64,000 bases of DNA from Dictyostelium discoideum (taxonomy: Eukaryota). Positions 43,620 to 57,250 of this stretch are shown piece by piece; within the stretch, counting starts at the first letter, position 1; the number at the start of each line of letters is the position of its first letter. Both the position numbers and the translations under genes were made by a program. The notes under the pieces were generated by a model. That model saw nothing but the letters and a program-made list of their open reading frames with translations, was not told the DNA's origin and made no database searches. The stretch covers positions 960,001 to 1,024,000 of the forward strand of contig CM000154.2 in the NCBI GenBank assembly GCA_000004695.1. The letters run 5' to 3'.

Positions 43620-44488
43620 TCAATAATTAATAAAAGTTAGAAATAATATAATAAATAATAATACAAAATTATTTAAAAATAATGAATGATTATTTAAAAT
43701 TGAATTTGAATTTCCATAATAAGTTGGAGCAGTGAGAAATCCTAATTCACCTAAATAGAAACTTATATTTCCATATGGAGTTAACTGAATTGCTAATGAT
43801 AATGTTGGAGATGAATCTAATACCATATTAGTTTCACAATCTATAAAAACAAAATCCAATAAATCACAATCCATTTTTGTACCTTCAAAACATTTATCTC
43901 TAATTACAACTGATACACCATCTGGTTTATATTTACCAATTTGAATTGGATTATTTCTAATAATAATAATAATAATAATAATAAAATTATAATAATAATT
44001 AGTATTGGTAATAATTATTATTTTTGGAAAATAAAAATTAATTTATTGAAAAAAAAAATAAAATAAAATAAATATTTATAATTAACTTACCCTTCTGAAA
44101 TTACACAATAATCTTTTTCAATATAATTAACTCTTTCATGAACAATTTTTGTACCATTAATACACTCATCAAATTTATAATAAATTTTACAATCGTCAGA
44201 GTCGCAATCACAATTTTCAGAGACATAACAATCAGCATCTGTTTTATTACCCATTGATGATCTTTCACATGTTAATTTTGCAAAATGAAACCATAATGTT
44301 CTGAAACAATATTCATTCGATGCAATTAATGCTCTTTGATAATATAATTCACCTGTACAATCTGGATATTGATATTGTTTATATACATATTGTTTCTTTG
44401 AAAAACATTTATTTATATGAAATATATTTATTAATAAATATAATATTACAAGATATTGGAAATTTTTATTATTAAAATGAACTTTCAT
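43620..44488 (-). CDS. Small secreted cysteine-rich protein with C-terminal GPI-anchor-like signal (ponticulin-like; exons 44091..44488 and 43620..43956)
   Basis: Signal peptide (FQYLVILYLLINIFHINKCFS) and 14 Cys in about 240 aa. C-terminal hydrophobic tail NNFVLLFIILFLTFINY after a small-residue stretch. Donor GG|GTAAGT at 44090 and ttattAG acceptor at 43957, phase 2. Confidence 0.45.
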
Positions 44489-44739
44489 TTATTTTATTTA
44501 TAAAACTATTGATTATTTAATTTTTATTTTTTATTTTTATTATTATTACTATTTCTATTATTAAAAGTTTTTTTTTATTGTTGTTGTATTTTTTTTATTG
44601 CTGTTGTAATTTTTTTTATTTTTTATTTTTTGTATTTTTTTTTTTTTTTTTTTTGAGTGCGAGTGTGTGAGTATATATATATATATTTATATAAAGGGTG
44701 TTTGGGAAAAAAATTAAAAAAAAATGTGTTATTTCGTTG

Positions 44740-45111
44740 AAAGAATTATCAAAAAAATTAATGATAATAATTTTAATTTTACAAACAAAAAAAAATAATT
44801 ATAATAATTAAAGGAAAAAAAAAAAAATCTTAATTTTTTAAATAAAAAAAATTAAGTTGGATAATAAGATTAAGATTTTCAAAGTTTGTTGTTTTAAATT
44901 TGGTTCTTAAAAAAAGTAAAAAATAAAAAAAAAAAAGATTTAAAATATAAAATATAAAATATAAAATATAAAATATAAAATATAAAAATTTATATTGATA
45001 ATAAAAATAATAAAAATAATAATAATAAATTTGAATAAATAAAAAAAATAATTAATTTTAAATAAATAAAAAAAAAACAATTAATTTAAATATATAAAAA
45101 ATAATAATTTG

Positions 45112-45143
<32 letters not shown>

Positions 45144-45720
45144 TTAAATAAAAAAAATAATAAGAAAAAAGAATGATAAATAAAACTTAACTGAATCCAT
45201 TTATGATGTTTTTTTTTCTTTCCATTAGTGGTACTTCTATCTCACAAAAATAATTATAATTTATACCCCCACCCTCAAACCCACACCCACACCAAAAAAT
45301 ATTAATATGATACATATAATCAACATTCAGTTAATATCAATGCCAATTCATATGTGCTATTTTTAAAAACAACCAAAAAAAACAAAAAAAAAAAAAAAAC
45401 CATGAATTATTTTGTGTGAGTGTGGTTTGAGGGTGTTTGGCATTTAAAATAATTGTTTTTTATCGACAAATTACAAAGAAAAATAATTTAAATTTTTAAA
45501 ACATGTATAAAAAAAAAAAAAAAAAGTTATAATCTAATATCTCAAATTTATACATATTTTAATGACATTGAAATTCAAGATTAAATTTTTTATATCGAAT
45601 TTGGGGATTAAAAATAAAAAAAATAAAAAAAAAAAAATGTCTTTATTGTGCAATAATTTATTTTTATTTTTTTCTATTTTTACCCTGTTTGTTTTTTTTT
45701 TTATGAAAATAATATTTGGT

Positions 45721-45758
<38 letters not shown>

Positions 45759-47870
45759 GAAAAAAAAATTATTTGTGGTCGATGAAATCGAATTCCTGTA
45801 GATTTCGTGAGATATTATGATAATATATTTAAAATATTATTATTGAAGTACCTACTTGCTAAAATGAAACATCTTTTTTCATTTTAGCATCACCTAAAAA
45901 TTTTTTAAAAAAAAAAAAAACTAATGTTTCACTTTTGAGTTGACTCTTTGTTTTTTCGCATGGATCTTTAATCCTAAAATTAAAATATGTGTGCACATGT
46001 ATGCAAAGATTTTAATTTTAATTTTAATTTTTTTTTATTTTATTTTATTTTATATTATTTTTTTTTTTTTTTCTATTATCGAAGTCAAATAAATTTTCTC
46101 ATATTAAACCGCTCTTATATCAATGGCATGCTCTACTATAGAGAGATGACTCATAGAGTCACCGTAGTGCGGTCCCTTTTGCGGATTTTTTTTTATACAG
46201 CTAAATTAACCACATCCAAAATCAACTCTAACAATTAAAACCAATACTCTTATCACAATCATGATCAACCTATTCAATCACCAATTCACAATCAGAATTA
46301 CTTGGTGAAGATATAACTTGATCTTCCATTTATTAAAATTAAGTTAACCATTGTGGTATTAGGATGTTTTTTGATAAAAGAAGTACTTTTGTAAACTTAC
46401 CACCACCACCAATTTAATTGTATTTATATAGGTTCAGTAATGGCAGATTGTTAAAAACTTTTAAAATACTTTTGGAACGAAAACAATGATAAAGTAAACA
46501 AAATTATTAAAATCATATATTCAACAGATTATTTGAAATTTGAAAAACAAAGATTTGAAAAGAAAAAATGTGCAGATACAAAAATTAAAAGAGACATTAC
46601 AAACATATCATGTTAAAATATCCATTAACTCAAGCTATGGGATGTGATATTAGGTTAACCAATCAACAATCCCAAGAACTCTACAAATTAATAATCGTTA
46701 CGTGGTGTCATTTCAAATTAGAAAAAATTTATTGTCATTGGTAAATATACATAATTCACATACACATTGATGATGGTGATGATTATGATGATGATTAAAT
46801 TATTAAATTTTTTATTTTATTATTATCAGTTTATAAAAACGCAAAATTTAATTCAGGTTTAAAGGTGATAATCATCGTACGATTAATGAAGATTATACAT
46901 CAAAAGTAAGTATTATATTCATATGATCTACACAAATCAAAAACTATATCACAAACTAACCAGAATTATTTTTTTCATAAATGTATGTACAGCGTTGTTG
47001 CAAGTGCGTCATTTCAACTAAAGACATTGTAATGGGAATGTTTTCAAAGAGAAAAAGGTGAATTCAACCCAGATAATCATCTTTAAAAAATTCATCAAAG
47101 ACAATCCTCAATTCCGACATCAACCTCTTGAACAATAAAAATATTATTACCAATTAAATTTTACAAACAAAAAAAAGAAAAAAGAAAAAAAGAAAAGAAA
47201 AAAAAAGAAAAAAGAAAATTCAACTTTTTTCGTTGAAAGAATTATTCAAAAAATTAATAATAATTTTAATTTTACAAACAAAAAAAAAAAAATTGTATAA
47301 ATAAAAGTACAAATTAATTCAAAGTTTTGTGTTTTTTTGTTTTTGTTTTTTTTGGTTGTTTTTAAAAATAGCTCATCATAATAATTGGCATTGATATTAA
47401 CTGAAGGTTGATTATATGTATCATATTAATAATATTTTTTGGTTGGGTGTTTTTGAGTGTGGTGGTACAAATTATAATTACTTGTTATTTTGTGTGTGTA
47501 TGTGTGAGAATAGAATGATATATAAGTACTACTAATGGGAAGAAAAAAAACATCATTAATGGATTCAGTTAAGTTTTATTTATCGTTCTTTTTTTCTTAT
47601 TATTTTTTTCATTTAGTTATTAATTTTTTTTTTTTTTTTTCAAAATTATTATTTATTTTATATATTTAAAATTAATTATTTTTTTATTTATTTATTTATT
47701 ATTTATTTTTATTTTTTATTTTTTTATTTATTTTATTTTTTAAAAAAAAAAAAAAAAAGTTATAATCTAATGTCTCAAATTTATACAAATGATATTTTAA
47801 AGACTTTGAAATTCAAGATTAAAATTTTTATATCAAATTTGCGAATAAAAAACAAAATGGCCATTTTTAA
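44740..47870. mobile_element. Composite repeat block: module C-B-A occurs twice (C 44745/47225; B 45140-45365 vs 47375-47615 in inverted orientation; A 45525-45630/47752-47860) around a 2-kb ORF-free, GC-richer core (45780-47100); candidate non-autonomous DNA transposon / foldback element
   Basis: Read directly: TAAAACTTAACTGAATCCATT(T)ATGATG(T)nCTT(T)CCATTAGT(G/A)GTACT and the following CCCACC...ATATGATACATATAATCAAC(A/C)TTCAGTTAATATCAATGCCAATT at about 45181-45360 are the reverse complement of 47380-47590. The flanking C (CGTTGAAAGAATTAT(T)CAAAAAATTAATGATAATAATTTTAATTTTACAAACAAAAAAA) and A (AAAAGTTATAATCTAATRTCTCAAATTTATACA...GAAATTCAAGATTAAA) segments are direct. The core has no ORF over 85 codons and a perfect hairpin GCTAAAATGAAA-catctttt-TTTCATTTTAGC at 45858-45888. 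Confidence 0.45.
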
Positions 47871-48143
47871 TTTAATGTTGTGTTTATTGAAAATTTTATA
47901 TGATAATTCGTGGTACTATTTTTTTTTTTATTTGAAAAACAAAAAAAATAAAAATTAAAAATATTACTTTTTATTAATATAATAATAACAAAGCAAACTA
48001 AATTGAATTTTTTTTTTTTTGTTTCTTTTTTTCTTTTTTTTTTCTTTTTTTTTCTTTTTTTTTTTCTTTATTCTTTTTTTTCTTTTTCTTGAAATTATTT
48101 GAAAAAAAAGACACAATAAAATAAATTGTAACTAGATTCGTAA

Positions 48144-48330
48144 TTAATTAATATCTTTACATGTTATTGGTTGAGGTTTAATTTCAAACAAACTACTTCC
48201 ATGGCAACTATTCAATATATTGTATGGTGTGTAGGTGGAAATATTATTATTGACAATTTCATTAATAAAATTAAATTTATTGTCTCCATTATTGTTTTTA
48301 TCAGTTCTACTATTAATATTATTATTTTTG

Positions 48331-48367
<37 letters not shown>

Positions 48368-48383
48368 TACAACTATTAATATA

Positions 48384-48462
<79 letters not shown>

Positions 48463-48590
48463 TTATTATAATTATTATTATTAACGATTGAATCTTGTTT
48501 ATTTTTGAAGAAATATTGTTTACATAATTTTAAAGTTGGTAATAAATTTTCAACATTTTGAATTTCGAAATAGTCATTAAAAGAAGACAT
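48144..48590 (-). CDS. Asn-rich hypothetical protein (148 aa)
   Basis: ORF with unique N- and C-terminal segments flanking an (AAT)n poly-N tract; no motif recognised; could be spurious. Confidence 0.25.
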
Positions 48591-48689
48591 CTTTAAAAAA
48601 TTAAGATTTTAATTATATTAAAATAAATAGATTTTATTTGTTTAATTATTTGTTTTTTTTATATTTTTACTAATTTGTTATTACTATTT

Positions 48690-48730
<41 letters not shown>

Positions 48731-49339
48731 TTTTAATAAAAAATTTATTTTATTTTATTTTATTTATTTTATTTTAAAGTAATTATACACATATATTTCC
48801 AATAATTTAACTTTTTATTTTTATTTTTTTTTTTTCTTTTTTTTTTTTTTAGTTTTTTAAATAAATCTGCATGACATTTTTTGACAATTAATTTAAATTT
48901 TTTTTTTTATTTTTTTTTTTATTTTTTTTTTTTTATTTTTTTTTTTATTTTTTTTGTTTTTGTTTTTTTTTTTTTTTTTTTTGGGGAAATTTTATTTAAA
49001 TAAACTGCAAATTTGTTAAGATAATATTATTATTTTAGTGAATTTATTTCGAAAAATTTGTATAATTGGGTGTGCATAAAAAAAAAAAAAAAAAAAATAA
49101 TAAAAAAAAAAAATAAAAAATATTTAAAAAAAAAAAATTAAAAGTAAAAAAAAAATAATAAAAAAAAACATTTACACACAGGATAAAAATATTAAAATAT
49201 TTTGCATTTAAAAAAAAACTATTTGTGTTTAAGAAAAAAAAAAAATAAAAAAATATATTTTTAATTAAAATAAAAAATAAAAAATTTAAAAAAAAAAACA
49301 GAGTTATTATTATTATTAATAAATATAAAAACAATAAAA

Positions 49340-50199
49340 ATGATTAATAATTGCAATTACTTATCAACAGACTATAATGAGCAAGCAGGTTGTATACCAA
49401 TTAGAATTAAAAAACTAGAAGGATCAACCAGTTCATTAATAACATTAGAAGATGTACAAATTATGTTGGTAACATCAGGAACCAGTGGTATAAATTGGGT
49501 GTTTCCAAAAGGATCAATTAAAAAATCCGAATCAAGTAAACAAGCAGCAAAGAGAGAAACCTTTGAAGAAGCTGGTATCAAAGGTAAAATATTACATCAA
49601 CTCCCCAAAATCACTTTAGCTGATCATAATAAAGGTGTAAACATTACTTATTATCCTTTATTTGTTGGTAAAAAAAAGAATACTGTAAGTTTATTATTAT
49701 ATATATATATATATAATTATAATTATTATTATTATTTATTCTCAATTTATTAATAATCTATTATACTTTATAGAAAAAAGAATGGATGGAACAATCAAAG
49801 AGAACCAGAAAATGGTTTAGATTATCAAATGTATTATCATTTATTGTACCAATTAAACCACATATTGAAGCTGCCATCGTTCATATACAAAGATCAATTG
49901 TAACATTACAACAACAATTGAATTCTCAATTTGATCTTATCAATACACCAATTGAAAATTTCCCCTTGGATGAAATCACCGAATTTGTAATTGAGGAATG
50001 TAAAAAACAAAAAAAAAAAGATAAAAAAGGTAAAAAAGATAAAAAAGATAAAAAAGATAAAAAAGATAAAAAGAAAAAGAATAAAGAATTAAATGGTAAT
50101 AGTAATAGTAGTAGTGGTAGTGAAAGTGAACCAATATCAAATAATAATAATAATAATATTCCAATCATTAATAATGAAACATCTCCTGTATCACAATAA
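49340..50199 (+). CDS. Nudix hydrolase (diphosphoinositol-polyphosphate-phosphohydrolase-like; exons 49340..49684 and 49774..50199)
   Basis: Nudix box GSIKKSESSKQAAKRETFEEAGIKG (Gx5Ex7REUxEExGU). GTAAGT donor at 49685 and tttatAG acceptor at 49773, phase 0. C-terminal KKDKKDKK basic repeat. Confidence 0.7.
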
Positions 50200-50453
50200 T
50201 AAACTGATAAAAATCTAAAAATATTAAAAATCTAAAAAAATCTAAAAAAACCTTATATAAGGTTTTAATAATTTTTTAAAAATAAAAATAGGTTATGTTT
50301 TATTAATTTTTTTTTTTTTTTTTTTGTCTTAAATTTCAAAGATAAAACAGAAGTCCTCAAATCGACTTTTTTTTTTTTTATTTTTTTTTTTATTTTTTTT
50401 TTTAATTTTTTAATTTTTTTTTTATTTTTTAAAATTTTTTTTTCATTTTTTTA

Positions 50454-50491
<38 letters not shown>

Positions 50492-51315
50492 ATTTTTATT
50501 TATTTTTTATTTTTTTTTTTTTCCTGCATTGGCACAGGTCACCTTCCCAAATAAATATCCCAAATAAAAAAAAAAAAAGCCATTCTTATGATATGATCAA
50601 AAAATAGGGGATTTTTTTCAATATCTTATTTGGCTCAAAATTATAATAATAAAAAAAAAAAAAAACAAATTAAATAAATAATAAAAAAAAAAAAAAACTC
50701 TTAATAATATTTTTCAAACTTTTTTTTTTTTTTTTTCAAATAATATATTAAAAAATATCCCCCATAAAAATTTTTTTTTTTTTTTCACAATTAAGTTCTT
50801 TTATAATATATATATATAAAAAATATATATATTTTTAAAATAAATAAACCAAAAAAAAAAAAAAAAAAACCAAAAAAAAAAAAAAACCCCTTTTTTATTT
50901 TTTTTTTGGGGGGGGGGGAATCAAGTTTTTTAAAAAAAAAAAAACACACACACACATTCACCTACATAAAAAAAAGGGAATAGAAAAGAGAAAAAAAAAA
51001 GGATATCAATAAATACAATAAAAAAATGGAGGCATTTAGAAATATTAAAAATAAGTTTGCAAAACATATGGCCGCTAGGAAAATTAGAGTACTATGGGCC
51101 GATTATTTAAAAGTTGCAGACATAAAGTAGGTACTAAACAATTTTCATCTCTTTCTTTCATTTTTATATCTCATCCAATCTCCTTTCATAAACAATACTA
51201 TATTTAAATCATATCATACACATAACACTTTAAATTTATAATGTTATAATAACTAATATTATAAATTTTTTTTTTTTTTTTTTTTTTAAAAACATTATAA
51301 AGAGATTCACATTTA

Positions 51316-54300
51316 ATGGTACAAAAATTGAATAAATTTTTAGATTCATTTCAAGAAACATATAAAGAGTTGGTAGATTCAGGTCAAATTAATTCATTCG
51401 ATTTAGATAAATTCTTTGGTGATTGTTCAGATATCTTGGTATCATTATTAGATTTAGTTGAAAGAGAGTCGTCATCATCATCATCGTCTTCTACTTCAAC
51501 AGCAATAGTAAAACATACAAATAAAGATGAATCAATAGATTATATAGTTGAAATTATAAATAAATCATTAGGTGTAGCTGAATTGATATTACATGTAAGT
51601 GGTAGTTGTAGTAGTGGTATATATATATATATATATATATGCTGATAATATTTAATACTAATATTAAATAAAATATAGGATGAAAAATATAGATTGGTAG
51701 TTAAAGAAACACCAAATTTAATAAATAGAATACTTACATTATTGGATACATTAAGTACAAGTGAGAATAAAAAAGTATTATTAAGAGTTATTAGTGCAGT
51801 TGGTGAGAATACAGATAATAAATTAGAGATTGGTAGATTGGAAGGATTTAAGAAATTATTGGTTTTAATGCATAACGATAAGGAGTTAACTCAAGAGATT
51901 TTAAAAACTATTAAACACTTTTTAGATATAAAACAAACATTACCTTCAGAGGAGGAATTAATAAACAATATGAAGAAATCATTATCAATGTCTTCAATTA
52001 GTGAATTTGCAAGATTAAAAATTGGTTCTGTAGTCTCTGAAGGTTTTAAAGTTATCGTTGGTGAATTTCAAAAAGTTTTCTCACCAAATGATGAAATTCA
52101 TCCTGCTATAAAACAATTAATTGGTGAACAACCATTGTATGTATATAATAATATATTACAAATACAAAAGTTATCTCATATTAACATTTTTTATTTTATT
52201 TTATTTTATTTTTTAAAATAATATAATAGTAATAGAGGTATTGATATGACAGAAGAAAGTTCATTCATCCCATCGCGTGAATCTATTGAATTTGCTTTAA
52301 TAGAATTACAACATAGTGAATTGGTTAAAGAGAATAGTATTAATAATAATAATAATAATAACAATAGTGTTATTGAAGAAATCGACAATACTATTACACA
52401 ATTACCATCACCACCTATAGCGGTATCATTACCAAATCCTAGCATTCCAATCCCAATTTTAAATGGTAATAATGATAGTAATAATAATAATAATATTTAT
52501 TCCGAATCTTCTAGTAATTTAGAAAATAATTCAAATGAACTACAACAGCAACAAGAAGATAATAATAATAGTTTAATAACAGAAGAAGAATTATTAAAAG
52601 ATTTTATGCGTGTTCAAGGTGCATTAGTATCATTAACAAATTCAATTAAAGAGGCAGCACAAACTGTACAATTAGATTTATTGGAAACCATTAGTAAATT
52701 GTTATATAATAATCAAAAGAATCAAATTGAATTTAGAAATATGGATGGTTACTCTATATTGATTCATTTATTCGATAATCATTTAGAAGATTTCGGCACA
52801 ATTGAAGGCAGAGAATTCTTGGAGAATTGTTTCAATTTGTTTTTCGTTATAATCATTGATGGTAATAAATCAAAGAGAATTACAAATATGGATGCTTTAG
52901 ATCTATTGTTTCAAATTCTATTAAATTCAAATCAAACAGAAGTTCAATTACAATCTTTAACATGTATTCAAGATTTAATTTCAATTAATCCAATCAATAT
53001 TATTAATATTAAATCTATAAATGGTATTGATAAATTATTTCAATTATTATTAATTTTAGAAAAGGTAATTATTTAAAATTATTATTATTATTATTTTTTT
53101 TATTATTACTTTTTTTTTATTTTTTTTATATGTATTTAACAGTCGCTCAGCTTTTGGAATCTAATAGTCCAATAAGGAAGGTTAAATACTAGATTAATAA
53201 TTTATTTATAATCATTATCTATACTACTATGATTATAAATAAAATTGTGGTTAGAATATAATCATAATAATAATTTTTTTAATATATATTTTCTTTTTAA
53301 TTTAAAATATATTTTAATTATTATTTTCCATACATTACTTTTATTAAATATTATTATATAAATTTTATTTTATTAAAACTATTTTTTACTAAAATAACTT
53401 TTTTTTTTTTTTTTTTTTATAATAATTAATAAAGAAAAAAGAAAATGAAAAAGAGAAAAATAAAGAAAATGTAGAACAAAGAAATGAAAATATAGAAGAA
53501 GAAGCAGGATTTGAATCATATCAACGTCAACAACAACAACAAACAGATAATTTAGTTGAAAAAGATTTAACAAAGTTATTATTAGCAACAAGTGAATTAA
53601 TACTTTATATTGGTGTTTTATTTAGTAAATATGATACATACGTATTCGATAAGTATATATCATTATTGGAGAATTCAAATGTACAACAATCACATACATT
53701 AAATTGTTTATTACTTCAATCATCTATAACCATCTTATCGGATACAATCTATCATCAATCACTACTATCAACTAAAGAGGGTTTATTACCAAACTTTGTC
53801 GATTCAATTAGATCAATTCCATCACAATTTCAACAATTATTAATAGAAGAACAAAATCATCAAAAATTACAAGATGAACAATTTGAAAGACAAGATTATT
53901 TATTAAATCAAAGAGTAGTACAAAATGGTATTGTTAATAATAATAATAATAATAATAACAATAATAATAATAATAATAATGAAGAGAAAGAAATAAAAAT
54001 AGAACAAGATGATAATAATTATAATAATGAAGAAGAGGAAGAGGAAGAAGAAGAAGAAGAAGAAGCGGAAGAAGCTGAAGAAGAATATAGAATTAGAATT
54101 GATATGGAAGAGAAAACAAACTATTTAATTCAAAAACAAACTAGAATCACTGAAAAGGCTTTATTGGTTTTAGAGTTAATTATTATGTATATCCATTATT
54201 CATCCGATACTTTATTTAATGACTTTTTAATCAAATATGATGGTTTCAAATTATTTGTAACATTATTAAAACAAACAAATATCGATAATGATTTATTCGA

Positions 54301-57180
54301 TCTTTGTATTTGGAGTATGTGCAAAATAATCTCTCGAGAAGGTAAACAGTTTCAATTATTTTTAAATAAAAATACTCCTCTTACTCCTTCAACACTATCA
54401 CCATCACCATCACCATCTTCTACCACAACTACAACTACAACTTCAACTACGACTACAACCACCACAACATCACCTTCACCATCATCTTCAACTACAACAA
54501 AAACAGCAACCACTTCAATTAATTGGAATCAAATAATTAATAATGATATGAATATTTTAATTCAGTTATTAGAAGATAATCAAATATCAGACCAAAAGAA
54601 AGAATCAATATGTTATTGTATTGCAGAGTGGTTACATCAAATAGACTCTAATGTTGCATCATCATCATCATCATCATCAACAGGTGATAAAAAGGATTCA
54701 TCAAAGGTTTTGGAACAAAAACAATTTTCAAATTTATTGAAAATTAAATTCCAAGAGTTAGGTTTATTACATATTCTAATTAACATTATTAAAAAGAAGA
54801 GAACAGAGGAATCTCAATCATTGGTTTATGCATCATTGGTTGCAATTTGTGAATTATGTTTTGCTTGTGAAGAAAATAAACGTGTAATTGATCAATTGGG
54901 TTATATGTCTTTATCATCATTAGTAAAGAATACAAGTGTACAAATCGATGATTATCTATATCAATTATTGGTAGAATTAACTATGAATAAACCTGTGGTA
55001 ATAAGATATGAAACTCAATATCTTAAAGAATTCTTCTCACCAAATCTTTATAAAATCATTACAAATATTTTATCACCTCAACCACAATTCACTTTTATTT
55101 TACCACACTCAAAGAAACATCATGATATTTCTTCTTATAACACTTCAGTTTATCAACAACAACAACATCATCAACAACAACAACAACAACAACATCATAA
55201 TCAACAAGCACAATTATATCAACAACAACAGCAGCAAATTCAACAAGCACAATTATATCAACAACAACAATTATATCATCAACAACAACAACAACTTTAT
55301 CAGCAACAATTATATTTACAACAACAACAACAACAGCAACATTTATATCAACATCAAATTCAACATCAACAATACCAATATGGTGATGAAATTAATTTAG
55401 GAGATGATAATATTGATTTTCCAAAAGATTCTCCAATATCTAGTCCATCAACAACACCAGTTGCTTCTTTATCAAACTCATTCAATGGTTACCAAGGTAT
55501 TCATTTATATCAACAATATCAATTACAACAACAACAGCAATTACAACAGTTACAACCAAGTTTATCGCATCATTTACAACAAAGAGTTGGAATTGTAAGA
55601 GTACCAAGTTTTAAAAATTTATTCACAGTAACAAGAAGAAATAGTATTGGTTCTTGGGCTGGTTCTTTTGATGATTTATATTCACAACAACATTCTCATC
55701 AAATACCAACATCATCACAACAACAACAACCACAACCACAACAATCACCAAGAGATAATGCCAGTGATGGTGGTAATGGTACAAATAGTATTTCAAAGAA
55801 TTCATCACATCCACAATTAGCAGGTTTAGAGGAAGAGAAAGAAACCATCTATTCTTACACTCTTTTGGGTAGATCAAGAATTAGATCTCCTGATGCAGCA
55901 TTGATGTTGGTTGATTTATTACCACAATGTCCACTAATTTCCCAACAATTGAATTTGGTATTGTTAATGAAAATTTTAGAATCAAATCCACAAAATAAAA
56001 AAATGTTATGTTCATCACAAGGTTTGAAATATTTATTAAATCTCTCTCATCAATGTCCAGAAGAATTACAATCCTATTATAGTCGTGTCATTGTTATTTT
56101 AGGTTTATATGATATTTCACCAGCTGAAGTTAGACTATTATTTGATTTGGCTTGTTTCCCATCATTTGATACTCATCCACATTTAAATCAATTACAACAG
56201 CAACAACCAACAACATTACATCAAAGTTCAAATTCAACTGGTAGTAATGGTAAAAGAGAAAAGAATAGAAAATATGAATTACAAATGCAAGTTTTATATA
56301 TTATTGGCACTTTAACAGAGAGAAAAGCACCACCACTTTATTTTAATTTCGATGGATTCGATAGTTGTATTAAGACAGGACCAATCGATAAATTCCCTTC
56401 CGCTAGAAATGGTTATACATTTAGTTGTTGGATTCGTACAAATTATTTCCTTAGTGATGAATCTGGTTTATTCAGTTGGCAAGATCATTCAAATATCCAA
56501 CATAATCCACATAGTATCTTTGAGGTTTATTTCAAATCTTTACCATTGGGCAAATCATCAGAAACTAAACGTTATCTTTGTATTCAAACTAGAAATTATC
56601 CATCACCACCAGAAACTTTTTCATTCGATAAATTTGCTTTCTCTGAATGTGGTAGTTGGAATCACGTTGTTTTAACTCATTCAAAACAAAAAATAACCTT
56701 ATATGTCAATGGTAAATTCATTCAAAATTATAGTACACTTAATTATCCAAAATCAATAACAAAAGATAAACCAATCTCTGGTTGGATTGGTAAAAGAATT
56801 TATTCAGAAAATACTACCAACACCGCCACAAATAACACTATTAATGGTACAACTCCTCAGTTTTGCGCTAATACAAGTGGTAATGTTGCAGAAAGAGGTT
56901 ATTTTTGTGGTTCAATGGGTACAATTCACTTTTTCGATGGAATTTGGGACGCAAATGCTTGTCACAAAGTTTGTAGTAGAGGTAATCTTTACAATAGTAC
57001 CTATAAATCATTAGGAGTTGATAATAAAGAGTTTTTAGTTATAAAACCTGCTCCAATCCAATACCAAACTTCAACCACTACACTCAGTAATAGTTTTAAT
57101 AGTAGTCTTCTTAATAGTGAACCTCCACCATCATTAAGTTTCTCAATGTCTGGAGATAACTTTTTCCAACAACCATCACC

Positions 57181-57250
<70 letters not shown>

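Noticed and set aside
45987-46238. ORF 45987..46238 (+) 83 aa inside the repeat-block core
   Set aside because: F/Y-rich translation of A/T repeat; no start context; the core is better explained as non-coding.
51026-51127. Treating MEAFRNIKNKFAKHMAARKIRVLWADYLKVADIK as a confirmed first exon of the neurobeachin-like gene
   Set aside because: Every strong donor after it (GTAGGT 51128, GTACTA 51131) is phase 0, whereas the only acceptors before exon 51316 are phase 1 or 2. Only a weak AA|GTTTGC donor at 51055 fits. It is kept as a possibility, not a call.
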